This document shows positions 16,125-24,882 of a stretch of 34,973 nucleotides of DNA, in pieces. The notes under the pieces are model-generated. The model had not been told where the DNA came from. It saw nothing but the letters and a program-made list of their open reading frames with translations, and made no database searches. The position numbers were made by a program, and so were the translations under genes. The stretch comes from Candidatus Nanoarchaeia archaeon (GTDB taxonomy: Bacteria > Patescibacteriota > Microgenomatia > Woykebacterales > RBG-16-39-9b). Location: assembly GCA_036382695.1 (NCBI GenBank), contig DASVHF010000071.1, forward strand, positions 1 to 34,973, in the 5' to 3' direction. Within the stretch, counting starts at the first letter, position 1, and each line of letters opens with the position of its first letter.

Positions 16125-17410
16125 ACTAGATGTTTATCAATCTTCAAAAGGTTATTTCGGGCAAGTTTTTTCATGATATTTCTACAATCTATTATTGGTT
16201 TGTCAAGATCCGCTAGCATTTCGTAGGGGGCATTTTGATGGTCGGTGGCTATCACAACAACATCTTGCTGCAAAAGTGTTTCGTAATCCATCAGCTTTGA
16301 AGTGTGACCATTTAGTTTTGGAACATTTGGATCAAAATATGAAACACTAAAGCCTTGTCTTTCTGCCTCTTCCCATATTTTTAAAGCTGGTGATTCTCGC
16401 GTGTCACAACTACCAGGTTTATATGCAATACCAACAAGCAGCATTTTGGCTTTTTTACCGTTTGGCCGACCGTTTAAGGCGCGTTTTGCCTCTTGAACGA
16501 TTTTTTTAGGTTGGGCTTCATTTACCGCAAGTGCAGATTCAACAATGCCCAAACTAACCCCTTTGCTCTTCGCTTCTTCAACTAAATAAACGGGGTCGAC
16601 CGGAATACAATGACCCCCCACACCAGGACCTGGGTAGTGGGGCATAAAGGCGTATGGTTTGGTCGCCGCAGCATCTATAACTTCCCAAATATCAATACCA
16701 GCAGCATCGGCATAATTTTTTATCTCATTAACTAGACTAATATTGACTAACCGAAAGGTGTTTTCTAGCATTTTTGTAAGTTCAGCTGCTTCTGCTGAAC
16801 TTGTTGGTACTACTTCGTTTATGAAATTCGAATAAAACTCAGCTGCTAAACGGGTCGACATCTCATCTATGCCCCCGACCACCCTTGGTATGTTTTTTAC
16901 GGCAAATAGGGTATTGCCTGGATCAACACGTTCCGGAGAAATAGCTAAGTAGAAATCTCGACCGCATTTCTTACCTCTCCCCTCAAAGATCGGCAAAACA
17001 ACGTTTCGCAAAGTACCAGGTGCAACAGTGCTTTCAACTATGACTAACTGCTCTCGGCTTTGCAGATTAGCTACATCACTAACTGCCTGTGTCAAAAAGT
17101 TTAGGTCGGGTTTACGATTTTTACCTAGCGGCGTAGGTACACAGACACAAATAACATCGCAGTTTTCTGAAATTTTAATATCGACCGCCCCAGTGAATAG
17201 CTTGTGGTTAACACTCAGCAATTTATTTCTGTCCACGTCAAAACCGTAGGTTTGAAAACCAGTTGAAACAAGAGCTTGTACCAGAGCCTGACCGACATAA
17301 CCGACTCCAACAACGCCTACTTTAGCTTCTCGAGGATTGACTTTTAGTCTTAGCTTGGAAGTGGTTGTGGTTCCAAAAAAATTTTTTAATTTTAGCTTCG
17401 ATAATTCCAC
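16121..17410 (-). CDS. nucleotide-sugar 6-dehydrogenase (UDP-glucose/GDP-mannose dehydrogenase family)
   Basis: GVVGVGYVGQ Rossmann motif and catalytic GGHCIPVDP. 4-nt overlap with the decarboxylase gene. The start is uncertain: GTG 17410 gives a 30-aa extension before the Rossmann fold. Confidence 0.8.
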   Translation of the reverse strand: MELSKLKLKNFFGTTTTSKLRLKVNPREAKVGVVGVGYVGQALVQALVSTGFQTYGFDVDRNKLLSVNHKLFTGAVDIKISENCDVICVCVPTPLGKNRKPDLNFLTQAVSDVANLQSREQLVIVESTVAPGTLRNVVLPIFEGRGKKCGRDFYLAISPERVDPGNTLFAVKNIPRVVGGIDEMSTRLAAEFYSNFINEVVPTSSAEAAELTKMLENTFRLVNISLVNEIKNYADAAGIDIWEVIDAAATKPYAFMPHYPGPGVGGHCIPVDPVYLVEEAKSKGVSLGIVESALAVNEAQPKKIVQEAKRALNGRPNGKKAKMLLVGIAYKPGSCDTRESPALKIWEEAERQGFSVSYFDPNVPKLNGHTSKLMDYETLLQQDVVVIATDHQNAPYEMLADLDKPIIDCRNIMKKLARNNLLKIDKHLV

Positions 17411-17569
17411 GATAATTTACACTCGTGGACAGCTTTTTGGAGCAGCTCAAAGTGGGACAGAGGCAGATTTCTTATAGATTTGGCAGAGGCAGTGAGAAGG
17501 TGAGAACCAGGCTCATTTTAGTTTATAGCAGGCTTATTTGTCAACCGATGCTGTTTTGTGCGCTACGAG

Positions 17570-18349
17570 TCAACTATTTAAAACTGTAAGAAGCTCCCGA
17601 TGAATCTTTCGGTTGGAAGCAACTATATTATTCTTATCGAAATTCCACTCTTCCCCATTTAAATCAGTCGCGGCACCGCCAGCCTCGCGAACAAGAAGAG
17701 CACCAGCAGCATGGTCTCTCCATCCGTTTCCAAGATCAATCCTGGCTTCAAATTTACCTGATGCGACATATGCGAGATCTAGGGAAAGCGAACCAAACAC
17801 TCTAGGTGTCCTAATTTTTGTGCTTACCTTGTTAAAGACTTCTGCGAACACTTCTTTATTTTCCTTCTGACGCCCTCTACCAAAAACTACCAAGCTTTCT
17901 GATAAATCACCGACGTCGCTAACCCGGATTTTTTCTCCATTTAAAAAGGCGCCTTTTCCCGCCTCAGTAGAAAATAATTCGTCTGTCGCCGGATTATGAA
18001 CAGCACAAAGCAAGGTCTCTTTATTTTTTACAAGGGCGATAGTTATGTTAAACAACGGGATGCCGCAGACAAAATTACTCGTCCCATCAATCGGATCTAC
18101 CAACCAGAGGTATTCTGATTTTTTATCGATGAGGCCTTTTTCCTCGGAGGATATACTATAATCTGGAAAGTTTCTTTGCAGAATTAATAAAATCCGCTCC
18201 TCTACCTTCAAGTCATACCTAGTCACTGGACTATTATCCTTTTTAAACTTAACTTTTAAATTTCGACCGAACCCATCTTGCAATATCTTTCCGGCCTCTT
18301 TCGCTGCTTTTATTGCGACTTCCAGTTCTTTTTTCAAATTTAACTCCAA
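17570..18349 (-). CDS. inositol monophosphatase / fructose-1,6-bisphosphatase family protein
   Basis: EEKG..., WLVDPIDGTSNF and the WD..AG motif (WRDHAAG). Confidence 0.85.
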   Translation of the reverse strand: MELNLKKELEVAIKAAKEAGKILQDGFGRNLKVKFKKDNSPVTRYDLKVEERILLILQRNFPDYSISSEEKGLIDKKSEYLWLVDPIDGTSNFVCGIPLFNITIALVKNKETLLCAVHNPATDELFSTEAGKGAFLNGEKIRVSDVGDLSESLVVFGRGRQKENKEVFAEVFNKVSTKIRTPRVFGSLSLDLAYVASGKFEARIDLGNGWRDHAAGALLVREAGGAATDLNGEEWNFDKNNIVASNRKIHRELLTVLNS

Positions 18350-20154
18350 TGGCTTTTAATTTTAAGACCTCGCAATTTTTTACCCAAAATCTTATCCTGA
18401 TAATTATACATATCTTTTTCTATACCTTCAGCCAACGCATCTACTTGCCTCTTTACATCTCCTAAATCCCCATCCACCTTACCATAAGTTTGTAAGTAAT
18501 ACTTAAATTGAGGCTGTGTCCCAGAAGGCCTGGTTGAAAGTCTTACCCTCTCATCTGGAGAAAGGATAAAGGTTATTTCATCACCCGTTATCCCTGCAAT
18601 GTATTTTTCTGGGGCTGCCAATTTTGGATCTAACTTATCAACTACTTTCAGCACTTTAAGGCCAGCAAGTTCTTTTGGCGGGTCTGCTCTAACAGCCTTG
18701 TAAAGTTTTTCTATATCTTCAAACCCTTCCTTACCCGATACTTCAACTTGATATAAAACATTTCGGTAATATCCATACTTCTGGTAAATTCCGTCTAAAT
18801 ACTGCGTTATAATTTTGTTTTTATCTTTTAGCCAAGACACCATTTCAGCGGCAGTAAGAGCAGCGATAGCCGCATCCTTATCTCTGATGAAATCTCCTCG
18901 GCAATACCCACAGGTGTCTTCAAATGAAAACACAAAATCCTTGGGGTTTTCCATCTTTTCTACGACCTGTCCAATCCACTTATACCCAACCAAAAGATCG
19001 TCTACGTGGCTTATCCCAAAACTATTTGCAATATCGGTGGCAAGCGTAGTACTCAAATATGTTTTTATATAAAGATTTTCTTTCTTTAGCTCCCCCTTTT
19101 CCTTCTTCAAGGAAAGGATAAAGTAAAGCATTGCGCAGGCAATCTCGTTTGCTGTCAAATATTGTAGTTTCCTAGAATTTTTGTCTATCTTGAAAGCCGC
19201 CCCAATCCTACAAGCGTCTGGATCAGTACAAATGGCTATGTCCGCTCCTATTTCCTCGCCCAATTTTATGGGCAATTCCATCACTTGTTCAAATTCCGGA
19301 TTTATATAATCACCAAAGGCTGTCGGAAAGTTTTCGTCCGGTTTTTCTTGCTCTTCAACTACAGAAACATCAAATCCCTCTTTTTGTAGAATTGGCAGGG
19401 CATTTGTGGTACCAACACTGTGAATTGGGCTAAATGAAACCTTAGCTGACCTGCTTTTTACTAAGGAAAGTTTGAGTAGTTTTTCAAAATACTTATCGTC
19501 AACCTCTTTTCCTACCGATTGGATAAAACCTTTACCTTGAGCTTCTTTAAAACTCATTTTCTTGATTTTTTGTACACTTAGTACCAAACTCATAAATTTT
19601 TCGTCCATTGGGGGTACAACTTGGCCGCCATCTTGCCAAAAGAATTTAAACCCATTATCAGTTCTTGGGTTATGTGAAGCGGTAAGTTCAACGCCAGCTA
19701 TTGTTTTAAGATGCCTAATAGCAAAGGAAATTTCCGGCGTGGAACGAATACCGTCAAAAAGAAAGGTCTTTATCCCATTACCAGCCAGAACTTCACAAGT
19801 AAGTCTAGCAAATTCAACTGAGAATTTCCTAACTTCGTGACCAACTATCACACCCCTATTCTTTGCTTTCTGCCCAAAATCTTCAATAAACTGCGCAAGT
19901 CCTTGAGCAGCCTCTCCGATTGTACGAAGGTTTATTCGGTTTGGCCCAACGCCAATTTTGCCACGGATTCCACCGGTCCCAATCCTAATATGGGTGTAAA
20001 ACGAGTCCTCAAGCTCTTTCCAATATTCTTCCTTGATTAACTTATCAATTTCTGCTTTATAGAGCTGGAACTCTTTTTCGCTTAACCATCTCTTCAGGTT
20101 TTCAAAAGATTCCTTGGAAAGATTTTTCGAGGATTTTTCTAAAATATCATTCAT
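18340..20154 (-). CDS. alpha-D-phosphohexomutase (phosphoglucomutase/phosphomannomutase)
   Basis: Active-site loop TASHNPRTDNGFKF and Mg site DPDACR. Length is typical of the PgcA-like branch. Confidence 0.88.
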   Translation of the reverse strand: MNDILEKSSKNLSKESFENLKRWLSEKEFQLYKAEIDKLIKEEYWKELEDSFYTHIRIGTGGIRGKIGVGPNRINLRTIGEAAQGLAQFIEDFGQKAKNRGVIVGHEVRKFSVEFARLTCEVLAGNGIKTFLFDGIRSTPEISFAIRHLKTIAGVELTASHNPRTDNGFKFFWQDGGQVVPPMDEKFMSLVLSVQKIKKMSFKEAQGKGFIQSVGKEVDDKYFEKLLKLSLVKSRSAKVSFSPIHSVGTTNALPILQKEGFDVSVVEEQEKPDENFPTAFGDYINPEFEQVMELPIKLGEEIGADIAICTDPDACRIGAAFKIDKNSRKLQYLTANEIACAMLYFILSLKKEKGELKKENLYIKTYLSTTLATDIANSFGISHVDDLLVGYKWIGQVVEKMENPKDFVFSFEDTCGYCRGDFIRDKDAAIAALTAAEMVSWLKDKNKIITQYLDGIYQKYGYYRNVLYQVEVSGKEGFEDIEKLYKAVRADPPKELAGLKVLKVVDKLDPKLAAPEKYIAGITGDEITFILSPDERVRLSTRPSGTQPQFKYYLQTYGKVDGDLGDVKRQVDALAEGIEKDMYNYQDKILGKKLRGLKIKSHWS

Positions 20155-20217
20155 AATTAAGGGTAAGAATCCACTTGATTATACTTGAAATTAGGTAGTC
20201 GAAGCAAGGAATCGAGG

Positions 20218-20769
20218 CTATTTTCTAGCTATGGCCAGCACTGGTTTTTTAACTAATCTCAATATCAACTCATAACCGCCAAAAAAGACGCCGGTGTAGA
20301 AAAGATCGCCTAAAAGGGTATTTCTGAAAAATGGAACAGCCATTGTGTAGGCTTCAACTAATCCGGCTAAGTTTCTCGGGTACCAACCACCAAGCCAGAC
20401 CGCGAAATTGGTGATTAGAAAGAATAACACTGACGAGCCGACAGCGGCTAAAACGACGGTTCTTGGTAATTTACGATTTTTTAACCACAATCCAATCAAA
20501 CCAGTTAGAACAAACGATCCGTAAACTGAAATCATCACGACTGGCGAGTAAAAACCAATAAAAATATCACTTAGAAACATTGCCACCAACGGAACTAAAA
20601 TTGCCCAGCGACGGTCCAAATATGCCCCGCCAAACAAAGCCATCGCAGCAATTGGTGTAAAGTTCGGTGCGTGAGGAACTATCCTAGCAAGTACCGCTAA
20701 TCCAATGATAAGCGAAGGATTAACCAACTTGCTTAAATAAGTTTTTAATTGTATTTTGCTCATAGTCAA
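20218..20769 (-). CDS. six-TM membrane protein, putative corrinoid permease (recalled as the DUF6580-type putative transporter)
   Basis: Hydrophobic throughout, with HAPNFTPIAAMALFGGAYL. It is the second gene of the riboswitch-controlled pair. Confidence 0.55.
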   Translation of the reverse strand: MTMSKIQLKTYLSKLVNPSLIIGLAVLARIVPHAPNFTPIAAMALFGGAYLDRRWAILVPLVAMFLSDIFIGFYSPVVMISVYGSFVLTGLIGLWLKNRKLPRTVVLAAVGSSVLFFLITNFAVWLGGWYPRNLAGLVEAYTMAVPFFRNTLLGDLFYTGVFFGGYELILRLVKKPVLAIARK

Positions 20770-20772
20770 GTG

Positions 20773-21204
20773 TCAGAATCTACTGATTCGCCACTCTATT
20801 TTGTCGCCATTCTTTACTTTGTAAGAACCTGCACCGACTTGTGAGGACTCGCCGTTAATTAGTAACTCCCAAAATTCCTTTTTCGCTTCATCGGCTTTTC
20901 TCCCATTAATAGAAGTCACAAAAGCCATTTCTCCCTCACCGCTTGTTTCAATGTCGGCGACTTGGCTAGTCGCTTCCAATGCAGTCAAGCCTTCTTTTAC
21001 CTCAAGGTCCTGCACACTTAAAACCTGGCTATCATCCCCAGGATTTATTGTGATTGACGCTTTTACCTTTTTGACTTGTTCCTCGTGTGTAACAGCACTC
21101 GGTGTAATTTCACCTTTTTCTTGGACGTTGGTGCTTACAAAGTAACCCGCTGCAATCACAAGTATTCCTATGACTATTGCAATTATCCACTTTCGCGTTT
21201 TCAT
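20773..21204 (-). CDS. membrane-anchored transcobalamin-like (DUF4430) domain protein, putative B12-binding protein
   Basis: N-terminal anchor KWIIAIVIGILVIAAGYF. The C-terminal half reads GLTALEA...FVTSINGRKA....FWELLINGESSQVGAGSYKVKNGDKIEWR and fits the DUF4430 pattern. I prefer the ATG at 21204 because the TTG at 21216 lies inside the terminator U-tract. Confidence 0.65.
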   Translation of the reverse strand: MKTRKWIIAIVIGILVIAAGYFVSTNVQEKGEITPSAVTHEEQVKKVKASITINPGDDSQVLSVQDLEVKEGLTALEATSQVADIETSGEGEMAFVTSINGRKADEAKKEFWELLINGESSQVGAGSYKVKNGDKIEWRISRF

Positions 21205-21212
21205 ATTCTCAA

Positions 21213-21242
21213 GCAAAAAACCAACCGCAAAGTTGGTTGGTT
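21213..21242 (-). terminator. intrinsic terminator forming the expression platform of the cobalamin riboswitch
   Basis: Minus strand reads AACCAACC-AACUUUGC-GGUUGGUU followed by UUUUGC. It ends 9 nt before the ATG at 21204. Confidence 0.7.
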
Positions 21243-21310
21243 AAGAGTTTCTTAGTCACCTCCTTTGCTCGAAGGAATCCTTCGACAGCCGTTTGGCTTC
21301 TCAGGACAAG

Positions 21311-21416
21311 TCCAAAGGCGGGGTTCTGGGTTTACCCCGATTCAATCGGGGTTTACAGTAGCGGCACTCCCACGGAATTACGCCGTGATTCACCCGTGTT
21401 TCCTTTGATCTTTGGA
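21311..21416 (-). promoter_or_regulatory. cobalamin (B12) riboswitch aptamer
   Basis: P1 is UCCAAAG (21416-21410) / CUUUGGA (21317-21311). Also present: AGGAAACACGGGUGAAUC, GCCGCUACUGUAA (21365-21353), hairpin CCCCGA-UUGAA-UCGGGG, and B12-box-like AACCCAGAACCCCGCC (21332-21317). Confidence 0.75.
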
Positions 21417-21429
21417 TTTTTAAAGTAAC

Positions 21430-21462
21430 ATTACACTACAAACTTTAGACCAATCTGTCAAG
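21430..21462 (-). promoter_or_regulatory. candidate promoter of the riboswitch operon
   Basis: Minus strand has TTGACA (21462-21457), then about 18 nt, then TAGTGT/TGTAAT (21438-21430), just upstream of P1. Confidence 0.4.
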
Positions 21463-21590
21463 ACAAAATCAACATTCGCTATGACCACAAGAATAAATCG
21501 CTCCGTAACTAAATAATTTCGCTAGCGCTTCAATAATTTAGGTACTCCCGCGCTTTGCGACCACTTCGTGGACTAAACATTTCTTACAAC

Positions 21591-24107
21591 CTAGCACTCT
21601 GAATGGCCGCATGAGTAACACTTCTTGCAGCCCTCTTCGTAGACAAAACTGGCTACCCCGCATTTTGGACATATATCCCGACGTAGCTCTTGACTTGTAA
21701 ACAACATCGATTGCTGCTCAGGGGCTGGCTCCTTCACTTCCTCCTTGACTTGGGTTGTTTGTTCCTCTTCCTTGACCGCTACCTTACCATTACCGTTGGC
21801 TTCTCCGATACTCGTTTCTTTAAACTGGGCTAAATATTCATCTAGGACTTTGGCGACAGCATCAGCTAGAGAGTGGATTCGATCCATCCCAAACCCTCTT
21901 TGACTTGCTCCACCAATTCCTACTAATTGGTTGACCACTTGAGAGGCAACTTCCTTTGGCGAGTAACCTGAAGGTATCCTAAGAGCGAGTGATATAAGCC
22001 GGCCAACAGCCTCTGCATCAGCAGTAATATCACTCCCAGCTTTACCAACATTTATGAAAACTTCGAAGGGGTTTCCTTCCCTATCGGCATTGATAGTCAC
22101 GAATGCGTGACCAACTGGAGTGGCGATACGCCTTGTAACTCCTTGCAGATAATCTGGCCTTTTCCTCAGTCTCACCGGTACGTCACTTCCTGCCCTTTGA
22201 GATTCACCGTTTTCTTCAGCTCTGTTTTCTGCCACCTCTTTCGGCTCTTTCCCTTTTTCACTCTCTATGTGTGACAGCACACCTTCTCTACTACCGTCCC
22301 TCATGTAGGTGATACCTTTGCATCCAAGTTCGTAAGCAAGCTCGTAAAGCTTTTTTACGTCTTCAACGCTATGAGCATTTGGCGCGTTTACGGTTTTAGA
22401 AATTGAAGAGTCAGTATATTCTTGAATAATCGCCTGCATACGTACATGCTCTTCAGGTAAAAGATCGTTTGCGCTAACAAAGTAGTCTGGGTGCGGCACT
22501 CCTGGATGCTCATCCTGCCATTTTTGATAAAGTGGGTGGTAAATAATATGCTCACCAATCCGATCGCGACGAACCATTGCAAAATCATAAACCGGTTCAA
22601 TCCCAGAAGAAACTCCTGTCAAAAGACTTGTCGCGCCAGTAGGTGCCTGGGTAAGTAAAACCGCGTTGCGGATACCGTTTTTGGCAATTTTATCCCTAAT
22701 TTCTTTTGGTAACCTTTTTATAAACCAGCCTTGAAGATATTTCTCTTTGTCAAAATTTGGAAATGGGCCTTTTTCACTCGCTAACTGAGCACTAACTTCA
22801 TAAGCTGCATCACGAATAGTCTTATAAATTTTATCGACAATAAGCATCGCCTCTTTGCTACCATAGCGTAAACCCATCATAATCAACGCATCCCCTAGAC
22901 CCATGGTACCAAGACCAGTCCGGCGAATACCCATCTGATTTTGTTTATTTTCGTCAAAGTAGTAGCCAGTAGCGTCTACCACATTATCCATAAAGCGGAT
23001 GGCGACTTTTACATGCTCTGCCAAAGCTTCGTAATCAAATTCTGCTTTCCCTAGCTCACCTTCAGTAAAAGCTGTAAGATTAACCGATCCCAAATTACAA
23101 ACACCCCAAGCACTAAGCGGTTGTTCTCCACAAGGATTTGTGGAAATAAGCTTTTCAAAATACCAGGTATTGCTCCTTTCATTTGTTTTTTGAATAAAGT
23201 GAATGCCTGGTTCTGCACTCACCCAAGCTGAATGGCATATCTTGTCCCAAATATCCCTGGCCTTGGTAGTTTTGAGAGCCGTAATTTTTTTACCCAGATC
23301 TTTCCATTTTTCGATGTCTCCGTCCCAAACTTTGTCATAATCTGGATCGGTGATGTCAGGAAATACAAACTGCCAATCTCTATCTTCCTTTACAGCCTTC
23401 ATAAAGCGGTCAGATATACAAACAGAAAGGTTCGCACCATTTATTTTTGATAAATCTCTTTTTGCTTCGACAAATTCAATCACGTCTGGATGCCAATCAT
23501 TTATCATTAGCATCAATGCTCCACGGCGTGTACCACCTTGCTGAATGACATCGTGAGTGGCAGTACTGTAAAGTTCTGCCCAAACAACTGGACCAGAGCT
23601 CCATCCATTCACCTTTTTCACCCTAGATCCCCGTGGCCGGAGCGAAGAGAGATTAATACCTGCTCCCCCACTTCTACTCATTATATCGACCATTAGCTTC
23701 AAATTATCGATTATCCCATCGCGGGAATCGTGAGGTGAGGGAAGGACAAAACAGTTGTAATAAGTTACATCGTAGGACGTACCAGCCCCAGAAAGCACCC
23801 TACCACCTGGAACAAACTTAAAATCTTTCAGTGTATTATAAAAACGAACAGCCCACTCTTTTCTTTTTACGGCTGTTTTTTCCATCTGAGCAATACCGAC
23901 GGCAACTCTGCGCCACATTTGCTCTGGATATTCTTCCAGCAGCTCACCACTTGAACCTTTGAGGGCGTATCTATCTAGAAAGACTTTAGACCGTACACCT
24001 TCTAATTGCGTTTTAGCGGGATCGGAAATTAAGCTTTCTAGTGCAGCTTGTAGCTTTGGATCGAATTTCACTCCAGGTCTTGTTTTTTTGGCAGGTTTTT
24101 TACTCAT
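21591..24107 (-). CDS. nrdJ: adenosylcobalamin-dependent (class II) ribonucleotide reductase
   Basis: NPCGEQPL active-site loop, TQAPTGATS, SKTVN, RPDYLQGVTRRIATPVGHAFVTIN...PFEVFINVGKAGS, and a C-terminal CPKC...CYSC tail. SD AAGGAG upstream. Confidence 0.93.
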   Translation of the reverse strand: MSKKPAKKTRPGVKFDPKLQAALESLISDPAKTQLEGVRSKVFLDRYALKGSSGELLEEYPEQMWRRVAVGIAQMEKTAVKRKEWAVRFYNTLKDFKFVPGGRVLSGAGTSYDVTYYNCFVLPSPHDSRDGIIDNLKLMVDIMSRSGGAGINLSSLRPRGSRVKKVNGWSSGPVVWAELYSTATHDVIQQGGTRRGALMLMINDWHPDVIEFVEAKRDLSKINGANLSVCISDRFMKAVKEDRDWQFVFPDITDPDYDKVWDGDIEKWKDLGKKITALKTTKARDIWDKICHSAWVSAEPGIHFIQKTNERSNTWYFEKLISTNPCGEQPLSAWGVCNLGSVNLTAFTEGELGKAEFDYEALAEHVKVAIRFMDNVVDATGYYFDENKQNQMGIRRTGLGTMGLGDALIMMGLRYGSKEAMLIVDKIYKTIRDAAYEVSAQLASEKGPFPNFDKEKYLQGWFIKRLPKEIRDKIAKNGIRNAVLLTQAPTGATSLLTGVSSGIEPVYDFAMVRRDRIGEHIIYHPLYQKWQDEHPGVPHPDYFVSANDLLPEEHVRMQAIIQEYTDSSISKTVNAPNAHSVEDVKKLYELAYELGCKGITYMRDGSREGVLSHIESEKGKEPKEVAENRAEENGESQRAGSDVPVRLRKRPDYLQGVTRRIATPVGHAFVTINADREGNPFEVFINVGKAGSDITADAEAVGRLISLALRIPSGYSPKEVASQVVNQLVGIGGASQRGFGMDRIHSLADAVAKVLDEYLAQFKETSIGEANGNGKVAVKEEEQTTQVKEEVKEPAPEQQSMLFTSQELRRDICPKCGVASFVYEEGCKKCYSCGHSEC

Positions 24108-24122
24108 AAAAAGGGTCTCCTT

Positions 24123-24596
24123 TTAAGCGCTGCCTGCAGTTTTTTCGTTTTTTAGCAGACTTTGTACTTCTTTTTCAAAGCTTTCTACATCTTCAAAAGC
24201 TCGATAAACCGATGCAAAACGGATGTAGGCCACTTTGTCTATAGCACGGAGTCTTCGGATAACTGTCTCGCCAACTACCTTGCTAGGAATCTCCGTAGTT
24301 TCACGTTTTCGAAGGTTTTGTTCAATCTCATCAACAGTTTCTTCAATTGTATCTCTTGAAACTGGGCGTTTCTCACAGGCCTTTTGAATACCAATAAGGA
24401 GTTTATTGCGATCAAACTGCTCTCGCCTTCCGTCTTTCTTAATTACGAAAAGATCAACAATATCCACTCGTTCGTAAGTAGTAAAGCGTTTACCGCATTT
24501 GAGGCACTCGCGGCGCCGACGAACCGAAGAAAGGTCTTCAGAATCTCGTGAATCTAGTACCTGATTTTCGTTGTGAGCACAGTAAGGACATTTCAT
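24123..24596 (-). CDS. nrdR: transcriptional repressor NrdR (zinc ribbon + ATP-cone)
   Basis: MKCPYCAHNENQVLDSRDSEDLSSVRRRRECLKCGKRFTTYERV, followed by an ATP-cone. Confidence 0.95.
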   Translation of the reverse strand: MKCPYCAHNENQVLDSRDSEDLSSVRRRRECLKCGKRFTTYERVDIVDLFVIKKDGRREQFDRNKLLIGIQKACEKRPVSRDTIEETVDEIEQNLRKRETTEIPSKVVGETVIRRLRAIDKVAYIRFASVYRAFEDVESFEKEVQSLLKNEKTAGSA

Positions 24597-24705
24597 GAAT
24601 TTTTAACCCATTAAAAAATACCCTTTGAGTGGTAAGTAAGAGGTGACCTGCCCTTCGTCAACCTAATTTTTTGCCCGTTACTCTTTCACGCGTGGAAAAG
24701 TCTAA

Positions 24706-24721
24706 ACACAATATGTTGGGT
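24706..24721. promoter_or_regulatory. NrdR box 1
   Basis: ACACAATATGTTGGGT matches the published 16-bp palindrome acaCwAtATaTwGtgt at 14 of 16 positions. Confidence 0.65.
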
Positions 24722-24737
24722 TTCAAAGTAATAGTAA

Positions 24738-24753
24738 TACCAATATCTAGGGT
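24738..24753. promoter_or_regulatory. NrdR box 2, inside the spacer of a TTGACA (24760-24755) / TACTAT (24736-24731) promoter
   Basis: TACCAATATCTAGGGT matches the consensus at 11 of 16 positions and shares its right half with box 1. The start-to-start distance to box 1 is 32 bp, the usual tandem-box phasing. Confidence 0.55.
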
Positions 24754-24882
24754 TTGTCAAGTAGTTCACCAGCCACGACTTTTTCTTATAGGACTTAGTT
24801 ATTAACCGTTTGAGGCTGTTTTATATATTATCAACCACTTTGTATATGTTTAAATAGACCTAAATGCATCAGTAAAAAGAAG

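Noticed and set aside
21256-21265. Perfect SD-like AAGGAGGUGA on the minus strand inside the riboswitch leader, possibly marking a hidden small ORF.
   Set aside because: No ATG, GTG or TTG follows within a usable distance. It lies between the aptamer and the terminator, so it is more likely part of the expression-platform pairing.
21591-24107. Possible intein or intron in nrdJ, a common host gene for both.
   Set aside because: The 838-aa product is collinear with class II RNR motifs throughout. There are no intein splice-junction blocks or homing-endonuclease motifs. The extra length comes from an acidic linker and the C-terminal zinc-ribbon tail.
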